DNA of 64,000 nucleotides from Candidatus Hydrogenedentota bacterium. GTDB lineage: Bacteria; Hydrogenedentota; Hydrogenedentia; Hydrogenedentales; SLHB01. A model generated the notes under the pieces. It ran no database searches and was not told the DNA's origin. It saw nothing but the letters and a program-made list of their open reading frames with translations. The position numbers and the translations under genes were made by a program. Location: the NCBI GenBank assembly GCA_963745075.1, contig CAVUWV010000020.1, positions 172,280 through 236,279 of the forward strand, given 5' to 3'. Each line of letters starts with the position of its first letter. Within the stretch, counting starts at the first letter, position 1. Of this stretch, positions 21,101 through 30,709 are shown one piece after another.

Positions 21101-21943
21101 GCCGAAGGAGCGTTTGAAACGGAGTACGGTGAACCGATTCGGTTCCATACGGATGATTCATGGCAGACCCGGATTGAAGGCCGGGATTGGATCGATGCGT
21201 GGGTGTATGTCAGCCCGCCCGAGAAGCCTTATGGCGAACCGGCCCATCCCTACAGGAAACAGCTTCCGGATGTCGTGTGGTATCGCCAAACGCTGCCACC
21301 GGGCGTCGTGTCGATCTACGAGCCGGAAATCGAGGGATCGTGGAATGCCTGGCTGGGTGGCGCTTTATTGTCCTTTACAAATGGCAAGACCCCTATCGCA
21401 ACGGGGACCGACGCGCGCGTCTTGGCGCTGCGGGTCAAACTTGGCGAGAATGAGCGCGGGCTCATGAAGCCGATTCGCGTGCGGTGCGAGCTCTCGTCGC
21501 AGCGATTAGGTTCCTGGACCGGGCAGAACCTCGCGTGGTACAGCGGCCGCGCCTTGTACACGAAGGAGTTCACGCTCGATTCAGCGTATTGCGAGGAAGG
21601 CGTCACCCTCACCCTGGATTTGGGAAAGGTGTGCTACAACACCGAAGTCTGGATGAACGGCACCCTCGTCGCCACGCGCGTCTGGCCGCCCTACCGTGTG
21701 GACGTCACGGACCACGTCAAGGTGGGCAAGAATGAGCTTACGGTTGTCGTGGCCAACCTTCTGGCAAACCGCATGCATTGGGATATCTTTGACGACGCCA
21801 AAACCAATCTGATCTTCCGCCGTTGGCATGACAGCGTGCTCATGCGCGACGCGTGGTGTTTCGAGTCGGGGCTTGTCGGACCGGTGCGCGTCGAGCCGTA
21901 CCGGCGCGTGGCCCTGACGATTTCGGAGCCGACTCACGACTGA
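18179..21943 (+). CDS. Large secreted glycoside hydrolase, GH106 (alpha-L-rhamnosidase-like) with C-terminal sugar-binding domain
   Basis: FQNPP...PLWSWNG, WIYDEDKWPSG, GVFFDE, W.RNPYWKY; C-terminal LDLGKV...EVWMNG...W.PY.VDVT...N.L.V.VAN...SGLVGPV. Exact start uncertain. Confidence 0.78.
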   Translation: MKRRSFAHGGLSLLEAGRGTGLQRRYTIITVGVLAAMAVLGTARADVLREGFQNPPREFSMVPLWSWNGTLDRDELRFQIDEFVDKGVYGAFMHARAGIDSSETPYFSEGWWDAIAFCVEYGESVGFSPWIYDEDKWPSGAAGGRTMERNPERNSQKTLHRIEQRITGPQKVDVSIPGARYVVAAKVVEDGGLDPDSMVDLSRFNHEADTQSIPWTCPDGEWLIAGYVFGPYGHGVNYLNKNTVRDFIDITHEAYASRIGDAFGTTVPGVFFDEIMNDAGKDPEQVVWAEGFEERFREMKGYDIAPLLLALTYDTGPRTPVIRCDYYDVYTTLYEEAWFEQISDWCADHNLMLCGHTIEELNRYITQGDYMRTERHLQIPTTDNEDFRYTWPRTIGAWKPKQLASIAQLYEKPRAAVEAMGGAGWSFTLDSGRYGFNMLAAYGIDFYISHLFHYAQDTPTQVGDWPNSWFFRNPYWKYFKTFADHGSRISYVVRGSTPVVDVAILYPQANQWSGNGPGTTQATMETLVAAQIDADLIDTDSLQRVDIHDGQLNVGKLLFRAIIVPGVQCIRTSELEKIAAFADAGGLVIVHDRFPTASMEHGRDDPALQPLVERLQRAGVEPEPLETTVTHLARAIGRDVAIPDNPASPLRYRHVRRDGLDVYWIANGSRKGGEWHIRFRTIGRPERWQPEDGSITPIGEIVRDGEYTECPMRLDAWQGCFIVFDPAQMPDQGGVQVADTNLEGMRVVTADKNGVVVSGLLPSGESSAKARVRVVDREGNESFVEGQRAVAAAPETIVLDGGWEFLPVDHQLDHDWRIDVASTDLDLPVMRVRWEQDNGPVASDWEDPALDDRDWREIKVLDSMHPDAGADRYRTRWDGQFISYYPYTPFDVEEFFVPVLGGKGLSCRTSVQLPPEASGGWIAVVCPSPFQVNLNDEPVGTGPGETDASVFEFTSVRPGESVIEIVADDAPALMAEGAFETEYGEPIRFHTDDSWQTRIEGRDWIDAWVYVSPPEKPYGEPAHPYRKQLPDVVWYRQTLPPGVVSIYEPEIEGSWNAWLGGALLSFTNGKTPIATGTDARVLALRVKLGENERGLMKPIRVRCELSSQRLGSWTGQNLAWYSGRALYTKEFTLDSAYCEEGVTLTLDLGKVCYNTEVWMNGTLVATRVWPPYRVDVTDHVKVGKNELTVVVANLLANRMHWDIFDDAKTNLIFRRWHDSVLMRDAWCFESGLVGPVRVEPYRRVALTISEPTHD

Positions 21944-21994
21944 CGAATATCGCGATGCGTGTCTTCTCGGTGTCGATCTGGACAGATTACGCGC

Positions 21995-22354
21995 TCACGA
22001 CGCCAGGATGACGGTCTTTTCCTCCACGCCTTCTCCCGGAGGTCCGTAGCGAAGGAGGGCTCGCGCGCCTTGCATGAAATCCGTCGATTCGAGAATGGGC
22101 CGGACCACATCGAAGAGGCGGTCGGCGTCGGGGCCGTACATGTAGAGGCTGCCGTCGCTCCCGTCCACGGCGATCTCGTTGCCGTCGTATTCGCCCGCGT
22201 GCGCTTCCTCGATCGCGTCTTCCAGCCGTTTTTCCAATTGAAAGATGCGGGACAAGTCTGTCGAGCCGTATTGAAAGCTAACGATAACGGCATGCTCGGG
22301 CGCGGCTTCCGGCTTATCGGTCTTGCCGCCGAAGAGTTTTGCAAAGAAGCTCAC
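21995..22354 (-). CDS. Hypothetical protein (small alpha/beta, GEYDGNE...LYMYGPDAD motif)
   Basis: Compact ORF with coding-like composition, 3 bp downstream of the previous minus-strand gene. Confidence 0.7.
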   Translation of the reverse strand: MSFFAKLFGGKTDKPEAAPEHAVIVSFQYGSTDLSRIFQLEKRLEDAIEEAHAGEYDGNEIAVDGSDGSLYMYGPDADRLFDVVRPILESTDFMQGARALLRYGPPGEGVEEKTVILAS

Positions 22355-22357
22355 CGT

Positions 22358-24115
22358 TTATCGGCCCCAACGTTGTTCCAAGGGCTGGCGCAACTGAATG
22401 CTTGCGTGATCGATATCTTCGTATCGCCTTTCGCCGTCTTTGAGGAAGAACGGCACGAAGGCCATCTTCTCGATGTAGGTCGAGCCCGGGTCCACGGGTA
22501 TGATGGGGCCGCGCTGGTAATCACTGAAAGGATACACCCAGCCCCGCGTGAAATACGTCACCGGGATCGCCCAGAAATGATGGTAATACAGATAGAACGC
22601 GGGCCGGTGCGTCGTCGCTTCACCGCGATTCGGGTTAAATGCGATGGAGGATTCAATCGCTTCGCCGATCCCGTAGTTCCCCGCCTCACACGTGAGGGCC
22701 AACCAAGGCACGTCGTGATCGATCCGCACGGCCCATTCATCCTGCCAATCCGGCCCGTGCAAGGTGCGGCCGCTGCGCAGCGAGCCGTTTTTCTCCTTCC
22801 ACACGTAATGATCGACGAGATAGGAGTCCAGGACGATCTCGCCGTTGCGGATGGCGGAAGCATTCAAGGGATCGCGCACTTCCGTGATCGTCGTGCATCG
22901 CACGTATGGCACGCCCGCGTAGAACGTGTAGGTCACTGACGCGTGGACCTGTGGCGTGGCATCGGGCATGCGGCCGCCGTTCGTTATGCGAAACATGAGC
23001 GGGCCCCGCGCAGTCACGACGGTCTGGTCCGGCGGATCCCACGCGAAGGTGTGCCCCCATTTCCCGTTGTCGGAAAAGGAATCCGGGTTCCAATGAACCG
23101 CCCGGCTGTAGCTGTTTGTCAAACGCGGGACGGGATTGTCCTCCCGGCCTTTCAGGTCGATGGACGCGATCTGGCCGGATTTCTTATCGAGTTCAACGAG
23201 GTAGTGCGCGTTCTCGACGGTCGCGCCGAGCGAAGGACCGGTCACGACGAGATCGGTTGCCGGTTCTGCGGGCGGATCGACGTTCGGATTGTCGTAGAGA
23301 AAGACGTAGACCGCCGCACCGTTGGCCGGAACCGTGGCCAGGAACACACCCTCCAGCGATTGGGAAGGATGCTGGAGATAATTCTCATTGGACGTACCCG
23401 GCGGCGTACCAGCGAATCGCTTCGCATTGAACGTTTGCAGCGGTACCGGCGTGTAGGTGCCCTGCTCGGGATCGCAGGCGAACAACCGGAGTTCCTTTTC
23501 GAGGTCGGCGCAGTCTTCTTTTCGGGCCGTCAGCGAGAACTCGACCGGTTCGCCGTTTCGGGCAAGCCCGGCCGGTTCGTAAAGGGCCAGAGACTGATAC
23601 CGCTGGAATCCGGCGGGCGCACCGCCTTTGTCCGGGGCTTTCGCTTCGAAGTCGCGCGTAACGGTCTTCGACTGACCGTCTTCCCCGCTTGCGCTGAATT
23701 CCACCTCCGCTTTGACATCTTCGCCGTTGTGCCAGACGGAGCGCGTTACGAGCACCACGTTCTTGGCGGTTGTGCTTTCCTGCGTCACCCACCCGGACTG
23801 CACGTGGGAGAATCCGTCCACAAAGACGTAGAACGAATCCGAATCGGTCCCGTTCACCGTCACGCGTTTCACGGTTGCGGAAGCGCCTTCCGTCCAATCG
23901 CCTATCGGAAGCACGACCTCGAAAAACGGGTGTTCCACCGTTGGCGCGACAAAGAGGACTTCGGAAACGCTTTTCGGATCGAAGGGTATCGGATAGAGCA
24001 CTTGCCCGTCGCCGACGTCACGGCCCGACTCGGCGGACGGCGGTAACTGCGCCGAGGCGCATAGGACGGTCAGCGCCGAAAACACGAGGGTGATGGATTT
24101 GCGTGACAACATCAT
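22358..24115 (-). CDS. Secreted hypothetical protein (paralogue of 24112-26325)
   Basis: Signal peptide; ATGA overlap; shares VHWNP, RNGE(I/L)V, VYPF and VPF blocks with its neighbour. Confidence 0.85.
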   Translation of the reverse strand: MMLSRKSITLVFSALTVLCASAQLPPSAESGRDVGDGQVLYPIPFDPKSVSEVLFVAPTVEHPFFEVVLPIGDWTEGASATVKRVTVNGTDSDSFYVFVDGFSHVQSGWVTQESTTAKNVVLVTRSVWHNGEDVKAEVEFSASGEDGQSKTVTRDFEAKAPDKGGAPAGFQRYQSLALYEPAGLARNGEPVEFSLTARKEDCADLEKELRLFACDPEQGTYTPVPLQTFNAKRFAGTPPGTSNENYLQHPSQSLEGVFLATVPANGAAVYVFLYDNPNVDPPAEPATDLVVTGPSLGATVENAHYLVELDKKSGQIASIDLKGREDNPVPRLTNSYSRAVHWNPDSFSDNGKWGHTFAWDPPDQTVVTARGPLMFRITNGGRMPDATPQVHASVTYTFYAGVPYVRCTTITEVRDPLNASAIRNGEIVLDSYLVDHYVWKEKNGSLRSGRTLHGPDWQDEWAVRIDHDVPWLALTCEAGNYGIGEAIESSIAFNPNRGEATTHRPAFYLYYHHFWAIPVTYFTRGWVYPFSDYQRGPIIPVDPGSTYIEKMAFVPFFLKDGERRYEDIDHASIQLRQPLEQRWGR

Positions 24116-26325
24116 TCTTTTTCGTCCTTCGTTTCTTTGTGGCCGCTGATCGCGCCCGCAACGCCTTCATTAAAGGGCATGGTCAGGATCGGCATGACCC
24201 AAGCCTTGGGCGTCCGGTCGTCGGTGGCCATCCATTCGCGAACTTGCAGCGGATGCGTCAGTCGTTTCTGAAGGGTCTCGATTTCGGCGAACGGGTCATC
24301 GCCTTCCGAGAATCGGAACGGCACCCACGCGTTTCGCTCGAAGTAAAAGCTGCCCGCACGCACGGGCATCATGCGCGTGAAGTTCAATCCGCCGAAGGGG
24401 TACACCAGCGGACGCGCCCAGTATACCCACGGGCCGTTTTCCACGTAGAAGTACGGTTGGGTGAGACTGGGCGGTTGACCGTATTTGTTGCCATTCGAGA
24501 AGTCGAGTTCGATATTGGCGAATCCGACTTTTTGTTCTCGATTCACAAAGGCGAGCCACGGAGTATCCGCCGGAACCTCGATCGCGTGGATGGGGTGCTT
24601 TCTAGCGTTCTTGAGGTTCAGGCTCTCCGTTTTTCCCAACGGGTCTTTCCACACGAACTCGTTCAGGACGACCTTGTTGAACACCAGTTCGCCGTTACGC
24701 AAGGCCTGGACGAACATGTCCTTCACGACCTCCATATAAGACGACTCGATCACGTAGGGCTCGCCCGCATAGAACTCGTAGGAGATGGACACGTCCACCG
24801 AGTCCATGTGGGGCAAGGGGGCGTAGCGGCGTGTGCGATGCATCAGCGGGCCGCTGATTTCGTCGTAGATGGGTGTTTCCCAGTCGCTGGCGTGCACCCA
24901 CGGTGTCGGCGGCGAGTAGACGCCCGGATTCCAATGTACGGCGCCGTTGGTTTCGAGCTTGTGCTCGAGCAACACGGGGTCGCCCTTTCCAAGCACGGTC
25001 ACCTGTTCGACCGCGCCGCTGTTCTCCGAGAGGAAGAAGCGATACGAGTCATTCTCAATGGTCTGGCTCATCCCTTCGCCCTTTTGCACCGTCAAGTCGG
25101 CGCTCTGCTCCATAGGCTGGGCCTTGGGATTGCCGTACACGACTTCGTAAACCTTCTCTTCGTAGGGCTGCACATCGGCCAGGAAGACCAGTTCAACGGA
25201 GGTCGTGGCGTCGTAGCGGTGCACGGGCTCGCCCGTCTCCGCGTCACGTTCGTCGGAGTTAAGCAGACGCTCGTCGCGCCAGATGTTCACCGAGGTGACT
25301 TGGACCGGTGCGACGACGTAGCCATCGGCGCCGGCCTTGGGACTGGTCGGTTCATAGGTGACCACGCGAATCTCGTTTTCGGGTTTCGTGATGTCGTCTG
25401 CAAACAGGCCCAGATTCAGATGCACAGGCTCGCCCTGGCGCAGCAGGCCCACGGTCTCGTGCAGCACGATCGAGACGGAATGGGGCCAGTCCGCGTTCCA
25501 GTAACCGCCCGACCCCGGAGCGGTCCCTTCCGCTTCGTAAGTCTTCTCGCCTGCCTTGGTGTCGACCACGACCTTGATGCTGTGCTTGGACCCGTTGAGC
25601 CAATCCACCGGTGCGACGATCTGAAAATCGCGATTTCCGTCGATGGTCCCTTCGTACGTTTCCCCTTCGACCGTGCCGTTGCCGGTCGTTCCCGGAAGGG
25701 CCATACCGGTGTTAAAGAAGCGCGCGTCGCGATTCTCCTTGCCATCGACCGATACTGAAACCACCTTGCCGGCGGAAATCGCTTCTTTGGCCAGGGTCAG
25801 GGTCACGCGGTGGTAGGGAAACTCCGCGGTGGGACCGGCGAAGCTTGGACCACGAACGGCCTGATGTTCTGCCGGGGCCGTTTCGTTGGCGGCAAGTTGT
25901 ACGGGCTGGCCAGACTCGCTTTTCCCCTCGACATCGACGGTATAGGTTTTCCCGGGCTGCCAGTCCGCGTAAAGCGAAACGGAGAAGTCTTCGCTCCCGT
26001 GCACCCAGCGGGCTCCGTTAAAGACGCCGTGGTTCGCAACGACGAAGGGCGTCTTCTCGTCACCATTCACGAGTACGCGTTCGATCTGAAACGCAGGGAC
26101 TTTCCCCTTCGGAAACTTCGCCACCAAGTCGTACGGCACGTTGGCGAATTCTGCCACGGATTGGAATTCCACCGTCTGCGGACCCGCAGGCGCCCCGACT
26201 TCGGTGGTGCCGGATGGGCGCGGGTGGTGAAGCGGAGTGGCATCGCCGGCGGCGAGGGGTGTCAGTCCGGCAAGAACAACCGCCAACGCGAGCGACGTTG
26301 CCAAGAGTCGGTTTCGCATGTTCAA
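24112..26325 (-). CDS. Secreted hypothetical protein (paralogue of 22358-24115)
   Basis: AAGGAG RBS, signal peptide, 737 aa open frame. Confidence 0.85.
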   Translation of the reverse strand: MNMRNRLLATSLALAVVLAGLTPLAAGDATPLHHPRPSGTTEVGAPAGPQTVEFQSVAEFANVPYDLVAKFPKGKVPAFQIERVLVNGDEKTPFVVANHGVFNGARWVHGSEDFSVSLYADWQPGKTYTVDVEGKSESGQPVQLAANETAPAEHQAVRGPSFAGPTAEFPYHRVTLTLAKEAISAGKVVSVSVDGKENRDARFFNTGMALPGTTGNGTVEGETYEGTIDGNRDFQIVAPVDWLNGSKHSIKVVVDTKAGEKTYEAEGTAPGSGGYWNADWPHSVSIVLHETVGLLRQGEPVHLNLGLFADDITKPENEIRVVTYEPTSPKAGADGYVVAPVQVTSVNIWRDERLLNSDERDAETGEPVHRYDATTSVELVFLADVQPYEEKVYEVVYGNPKAQPMEQSADLTVQKGEGMSQTIENDSYRFFLSENSGAVEQVTVLGKGDPVLLEHKLETNGAVHWNPGVYSPPTPWVHASDWETPIYDEISGPLMHRTRRYAPLPHMDSVDVSISYEFYAGEPYVIESSYMEVVKDMFVQALRNGELVFNKVVLNEFVWKDPLGKTESLNLKNARKHPIHAIEVPADTPWLAFVNREQKVGFANIELDFSNGNKYGQPPSLTQPYFYVENGPWVYWARPLVYPFGGLNFTRMMPVRAGSFYFERNAWVPFRFSEGDDPFAEIETLQKRLTHPLQVREWMATDDRTPKAWVMPILTMPFNEGVAGAISGHKETKDEKE

Positions 26326-26349
26326 TCTCCTTGTGTCGTCGAATCGGGA

Positions 26350-26523
26350 TCAGTCTTGTTTCTTCGCATTCTTGGCTTCATGCTCTTCGCGCAGAATGCG
26401 GAGCAGTGCCTTGATATCCAGCGCGCCGCCGACCGTCACCCAGAGGGACATAATCGAGAACGCCGCCACGCTGATGATAAAGACGGCTTTCCATAAGCCC
26501 ATCCAAAACGCTAACGAACCCAT
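26350..26523 (-). CDS. Small membrane protein (57 aa, not in ORF track)
   Basis: MGSLAFWMGLWKAVFIISVAAFSIMSLWVTVGGALDIKALLRILREEHEAKNAKKQD; AAGGAG RBS (ctcctt at 26531-26536); fills the gap between the symporter and the secreted genes. Confidence 0.75.
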   Translation of the reverse strand: MGSLAFWMGLWKAVFIISVAAFSIMSLWVTVGGALDIKALLRILREEHEAKNAKKQD

Positions 26524-26560
26524 CACACAGCTCCTTCACTCCGTGCGCGATTGCGCGCGG

Positions 26561-28240
26561 CTAATTTGTCGCAGCCGCTTCGTCGTCCTCGACTGGACGG
26601 TTTTTGTCCGGAAACGCCAGGGATCCCACGACCATGACGACCAACGCAAGCACAACAACCGCCAAGCCCACGCGTTGGCTCGGCAGGTAGGTCGCCATGA
26701 TCGATTCGGCTTTCGCCACTTCAAGATGCAACACCGATACGAGCAAGAATCGCTGCAGCGCTTCCAGTCCGAGCACCGCGAGGCCTCCCGTACACATCGC
26801 CAAGACGGCCCCGGTGGAACTTGCACGCTTCCAATACAGGCCACCGAGCAGCACGCTGAATGCCCCGGTAAAATAGATCGCCCCGCTCACCGTGAGAAAG
26901 TCCCACAGGTCTTGTCGCAAGGGATAGGCGTAGCTCATGATGAAGATGGTGAGTCCGATCAAGAGAACAAAACTGCGTGTGGTCCACACACGGGCACGTT
27001 GCGAGATTTGGCCTTTAGCCATTGGCACGACCACGTCGTTGGTGAGTACCGAACTCCAACAGAGAAAGTAGCCGCTGTCGGTCGACATCATGGCAGCCAC
27101 CATGGCAGCCGTAATTAACCCAATCATACCGACGGGGAGCGTTCTCGCGAAAAACACGGGCATGCCGTACAGGGAGTTCAACGGTTCCACACCCTCCGCG
27201 GTCGGGAAGAATGCTTCTTTGAGATGGGGCGTACCCATGATGAAGACGAAAGCGGCGATGCCCCAGAAATAAGGCACAATCATTCGGATCGCGTACGAGA
27301 TAGAGGCCCACATGAATTGTTTCTTCACGACGGCCACGTTTTCGCTGGCCAGGGCCCGCGCCACGGAGGTGGGCCAGACCGCGCAACTGACCACTCCCAG
27401 GAAGAACATCCAGAGCACATAGTCCACGCCGAACGCGCTTTCCGCTTCGAGTGGATTGAAACCGGCCGAACCCTTCAACGCCGCCACGGTGTCGAACACA
27501 TGGTTCCAGCCGGCCGCGAGCGTCGCAAACACGCCCGGCGAATTGGATACCGCCTCGGCCGTGGCGGTGGCCGCAAGCGCGTGGACCCCGGTCTCGTGGA
27601 TGGCAAGCATGGTACCCAGGACCATGCCAAATGCAAGCACGACGAACTGCAGGTAGTCGGTCAGCACGACCGAGACCATCCCCCCAAGGACGGTGTAGAA
27701 AAGTTCCACGGCAACGAGAACGACCATGAGCGTGAGCAACGCCCGCTCGGTCTCGAGACCCATCACCGCCTGGAGGAACATGGCCCCGGCTTTCAGGAAC
27801 ATGCTCATGTTGAGGATGCCGCCAAAGGCCAGCATGAGCCCGCCGAGGATTTGCGTCTTGCGCCCAAACCGTTTGCGGTAGAAGTCGGGAATTGTTAAAG
27901 CGTTGTGTCTTCGCAGGGGGCCGATGATAAACCCGCTCGCGCCAATCAGGAATGCCACGATGCCTGCCGCAAGCCCAATGTGAAATGCGGCGAAGCCCCC
28001 GTTAAACCCCTTCTGTGCGGCATACATGACCGTAACAAGGCCCAGTTCGGTGCCCGTCAAGGTCGCCACCCCGAGGGCCGTCCGCACGCCGCGTCCGGCC
28101 ACGACGTAATCGTCCATGTCGGAGATGTAGCGACGCGCGATCAGCCCGAAGGCGATCGTGGCGACCATGTAGACGAACAGGATGGCCCAATCGATTCCCG
28201 TGAAATTGGTGTGCTGAAAGATCTCGCCGAATTGACCCAT
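26561..28240 (-). CDS. Sodium:solute symporter (SSS) family
   Basis: DDYVVAGR, YTVLGGMVSVVLTDYLQF, AAMMSTDSG; many TM segments. Confidence 0.93.
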   Translation of the reverse strand: MGQFGEIFQHTNFTGIDWAILFVYMVATIAFGLIARRYISDMDDYVVAGRGVRTALGVATLTGTELGLVTVMYAAQKGFNGGFAAFHIGLAAGIVAFLIGASGFIIGPLRRHNALTIPDFYRKRFGRKTQILGGLMLAFGGILNMSMFLKAGAMFLQAVMGLETERALLTLMVVLVAVELFYTVLGGMVSVVLTDYLQFVVLAFGMVLGTMLAIHETGVHALAATATAEAVSNSPGVFATLAAGWNHVFDTVAALKGSAGFNPLEAESAFGVDYVLWMFFLGVVSCAVWPTSVARALASENVAVVKKQFMWASISYAIRMIVPYFWGIAAFVFIMGTPHLKEAFFPTAEGVEPLNSLYGMPVFFARTLPVGMIGLITAAMVAAMMSTDSGYFLCWSSVLTNDVVVPMAKGQISQRARVWTTRSFVLLIGLTIFIMSYAYPLRQDLWDFLTVSGAIYFTGAFSVLLGGLYWKRASSTGAVLAMCTGGLAVLGLEALQRFLLVSVLHLEVAKAESIMATYLPSQRVGLAVVVLALVVMVVGSLAFPDKNRPVEDDEAAATN

Positions 28241-28483
28241 GATCCCCTTCCGCGGCGCGTGCCGTGTCGCGGAAAGCCGCATTCACGGGGGCGCCATGAC
28301 CGCTAGATGCAACCCAAAACGTAGGCTGTCATGCTAGCATGTGGGGATCATTTACGCAATCGTGGGGGCCGGCTCGTTCGAACTTGCGCGGCACACCCCC
28401 GCGGGGCAGGGCCAAGAAAATTCATGGCGGGTACCGGGAACCTTCAGAGGTAGATTCCCCGATACCCGCCAAGAGCTATTGCG

Positions 28484-30709
28484 TTATCGCCAATGCTTGT
28501 TCGGCTTGCCTCTACCTGTCCTATGCCCGTCTCGGTGGCCCTGGGAATGGTAGCGCGAAGGGCCGGTTGCTGAATATGCAGTGGCGTTGTACTCTGGCAA
28601 GAATTCGATGAGGGAAATCGCCAACTGAATCTCTGCGGCCAGTTCCTCTTTCTCACTGGACGGGAGGATCCAGTCCGGCGGATTGCGCTCGCCGTCGAGT
28701 TTATTCAGGAGGCTCTCCAGTTCCTCGATTGCCGCGTCGTATGCACCGGCCGCGACCAACCTTGCGGCCGCTTCCAGTTTGTTCGTCATCGCGCCGATCC
28801 GTCCGGCGGCGCACTTCGCGTTATTGGCGTCGATGAGTTTGGGCGGCAAGGACCCGACAACGATTCCGGTTTCCTGAATCGTTGCGACGATGTAGTCGAC
28901 CGGCACGCCCGGTTCCAGCGGCGTTGGATCGTTGCCATCGATCACCCCGTCACCGTCGGTGTCGGGATCGCAGAAGCTGGTGCCGACCACCAGGTACTCA
29001 TCCCCGTCGGACAGGCCATCCCCGTCCGAGTCCCCGACGTACGGGTCCGGACAGGCGCCACCGTTTGCCAGGCTGACTTCGAGTCCGTCCAATAGCCCGT
29101 CGCCATCCGTGTCGATGATATCGTCGGTGGGATCGAGCGGGTCGGTACCGTCGATCAGCACCTCTTCCCCGTCACCGATCCCGCCGCCGTCGGTATCGAT
29201 TGCGAGCGGGTTGGTGCCGTAATCGAGAACTTCATCGCCGTCCCATAAGCCGTCCCCGTCGGTATCGGCCTTGGTGGGATCGGTGCCGTATACGCCGGTT
29301 TCGTCGGCGTCGGTCAGGCCGTCGCCGTCGGAATCCACGTTAACAACGACGGCTTCGAGACTCAATACCCAGACCGCGCCATGGGCGAAACCACCGCCAC
29401 CGTCGTAATACGCGCCCACGCCTATTTCCGGGACACCGTCGGAGTCCAAATCGCCCAGTGAGCTAATTGCGTTCCCGAAACGATCGCCCGCCACCAGCGG
29501 CCCCGTGAAATTGCCGAAAAGCGCGCTGACCTTTCGATAGTCGTGGACGGTACCGTCGCCGTTCATGAACAACACGTACACGGCGCCGGCGGTATTGGCG
29601 CCGTCATCGTCGCCGTAGGCGCCCGCGGCCAAATCGTTGATTCCGTCATTATCGAGATCGGGCAGGGCCGCGACGGCGTTGCCGAACCAATCCGTATTCT
29701 CCAGGGGTCCCGTGAATCCGCCCGCCGTACTACTGATCTTTTGCTCCGACTTCACGGTGCCGTCCGCGTTCAGAAAAAGGATCCAGACCGCGCCACGGAC
29801 GGATCCGCCGTCGTCGTCGCCCATCGCGCCGACCGCCAGGTCCGGGACCCCGTCCATATCGAGGTCACCGATCCCCGCCACGGAGGTGCCAAAATTGTCG
29901 AAGTTATCGAGTGCAGGCGCGAAACCGCCTTCCAGGTCACTGATCTTCTGATGGGACTTGACGGTTCCGTCGGCGTTCAGAAAAAGGATCCAGACCGCGC
30001 CGCGGTTGGTGCCGCCATCGTCGTCGGTCCAGGAGCAGACGGCCAGTTCAGGAACCGCGTCGCCGTCGAGATCGCCCAAGGATGCGATGGCGTTCCCGAA
30101 GTTGTCGAAGAACCCCAACAATCCAGTAAAGCCTCCCGCCGCAGCACTGATCTTCTGGTGAGACTTGACGGTTCCGTCGGCGTTCAGGAAAAGGATCCAG
30201 ACCGCGCCAAAATCCGTGGCGCCGTCATCGTCGTTCATGGCGCCCACGGCCAGGTCCATAACGCCGTCCCCGTCCAGGTCTCCCAGCGAGCACACCGACG
30301 AACCGAACAGATCGCTGTTATCGAGTGAGCCGGTGAAGCTGCCTTCGGTGGAACTGATCTTCTGGTGGGCTTTGACCGTGCCATCCTCGTTCAGGAACAA
30401 CACCCAAACGGCGCCTCGGTCATTCCCGCCATCGTCATCATAGATGCTGCCGACGGCGGCATCGCCGATCCCATCACCGTTGAGATCGCCGACCGAGCAC
30501 ACCGAGTACCCGAACTGGTCGTTGCTGTCGAGGGGCCCGGAGAAGTTCCCCTGGAGACTGTTGATCTTCTGTTCGTCGACCACTTCCCCGGGAAGCGCGA
30601 ATGCGACCAACGAAGCAAACAGACATCCGATCAACAGGAAGCTGAAGGGGGGCAGATTGCGGACAGGCGGCAACCCGCGGGCGGAATACTTACGCGTGTG
30701 TGCAACCAT
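28484..30709 (-). CDS. Secreted FG-GAP (integrin-alpha-like beta-propeller) protein with Ca-binding DxDxDG repeats
   Basis: About six tandem FG..V..LGDLDGDG..DLAVGA..DDDG...GAVW.LFLN.DGTVK repeats, then several D(S/T)DGDGL.D..E units and a helical C-terminal domain. Confidence 0.88.
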   Translation of the reverse strand: MVAHTRKYSARGLPPVRNLPPFSFLLIGCLFASLVAFALPGEVVDEQKINSLQGNFSGPLDSNDQFGYSVCSVGDLNGDGIGDAAVGSIYDDDGGNDRGAVWVLFLNEDGTVKAHQKISSTEGSFTGSLDNSDLFGSSVCSLGDLDGDGVMDLAVGAMNDDDGATDFGAVWILFLNADGTVKSHQKISAAAGGFTGLLGFFDNFGNAIASLGDLDGDAVPELAVCSWTDDDGGTNRGAVWILFLNADGTVKSHQKISDLEGGFAPALDNFDNFGTSVAGIGDLDMDGVPDLAVGAMGDDDGGSVRGAVWILFLNADGTVKSEQKISSTAGGFTGPLENTDWFGNAVAALPDLDNDGINDLAAGAYGDDDGANTAGAVYVLFMNGDGTVHDYRKVSALFGNFTGPLVAGDRFGNAISSLGDLDSDGVPEIGVGAYYDGGGGFAHGAVWVLSLEAVVVNVDSDGDGLTDADETGVYGTDPTKADTDGDGLWDGDEVLDYGTNPLAIDTDGGGIGDGEEVLIDGTDPLDPTDDIIDTDGDGLLDGLEVSLANGGACPDPYVGDSDGDGLSDGDEYLVVGTSFCDPDTDGDGVIDGNDPTPLEPGVPVDYIVATIQETGIVVGSLPPKLIDANNAKCAAGRIGAMTNKLEAAARLVAAGAYDAAIEELESLLNKLDGERNPPDWILPSSEKEELAAEIQLAISLIEFLPEYNATAYSATGPSRYHSQGHRDGHRTGRGKPNKHWR

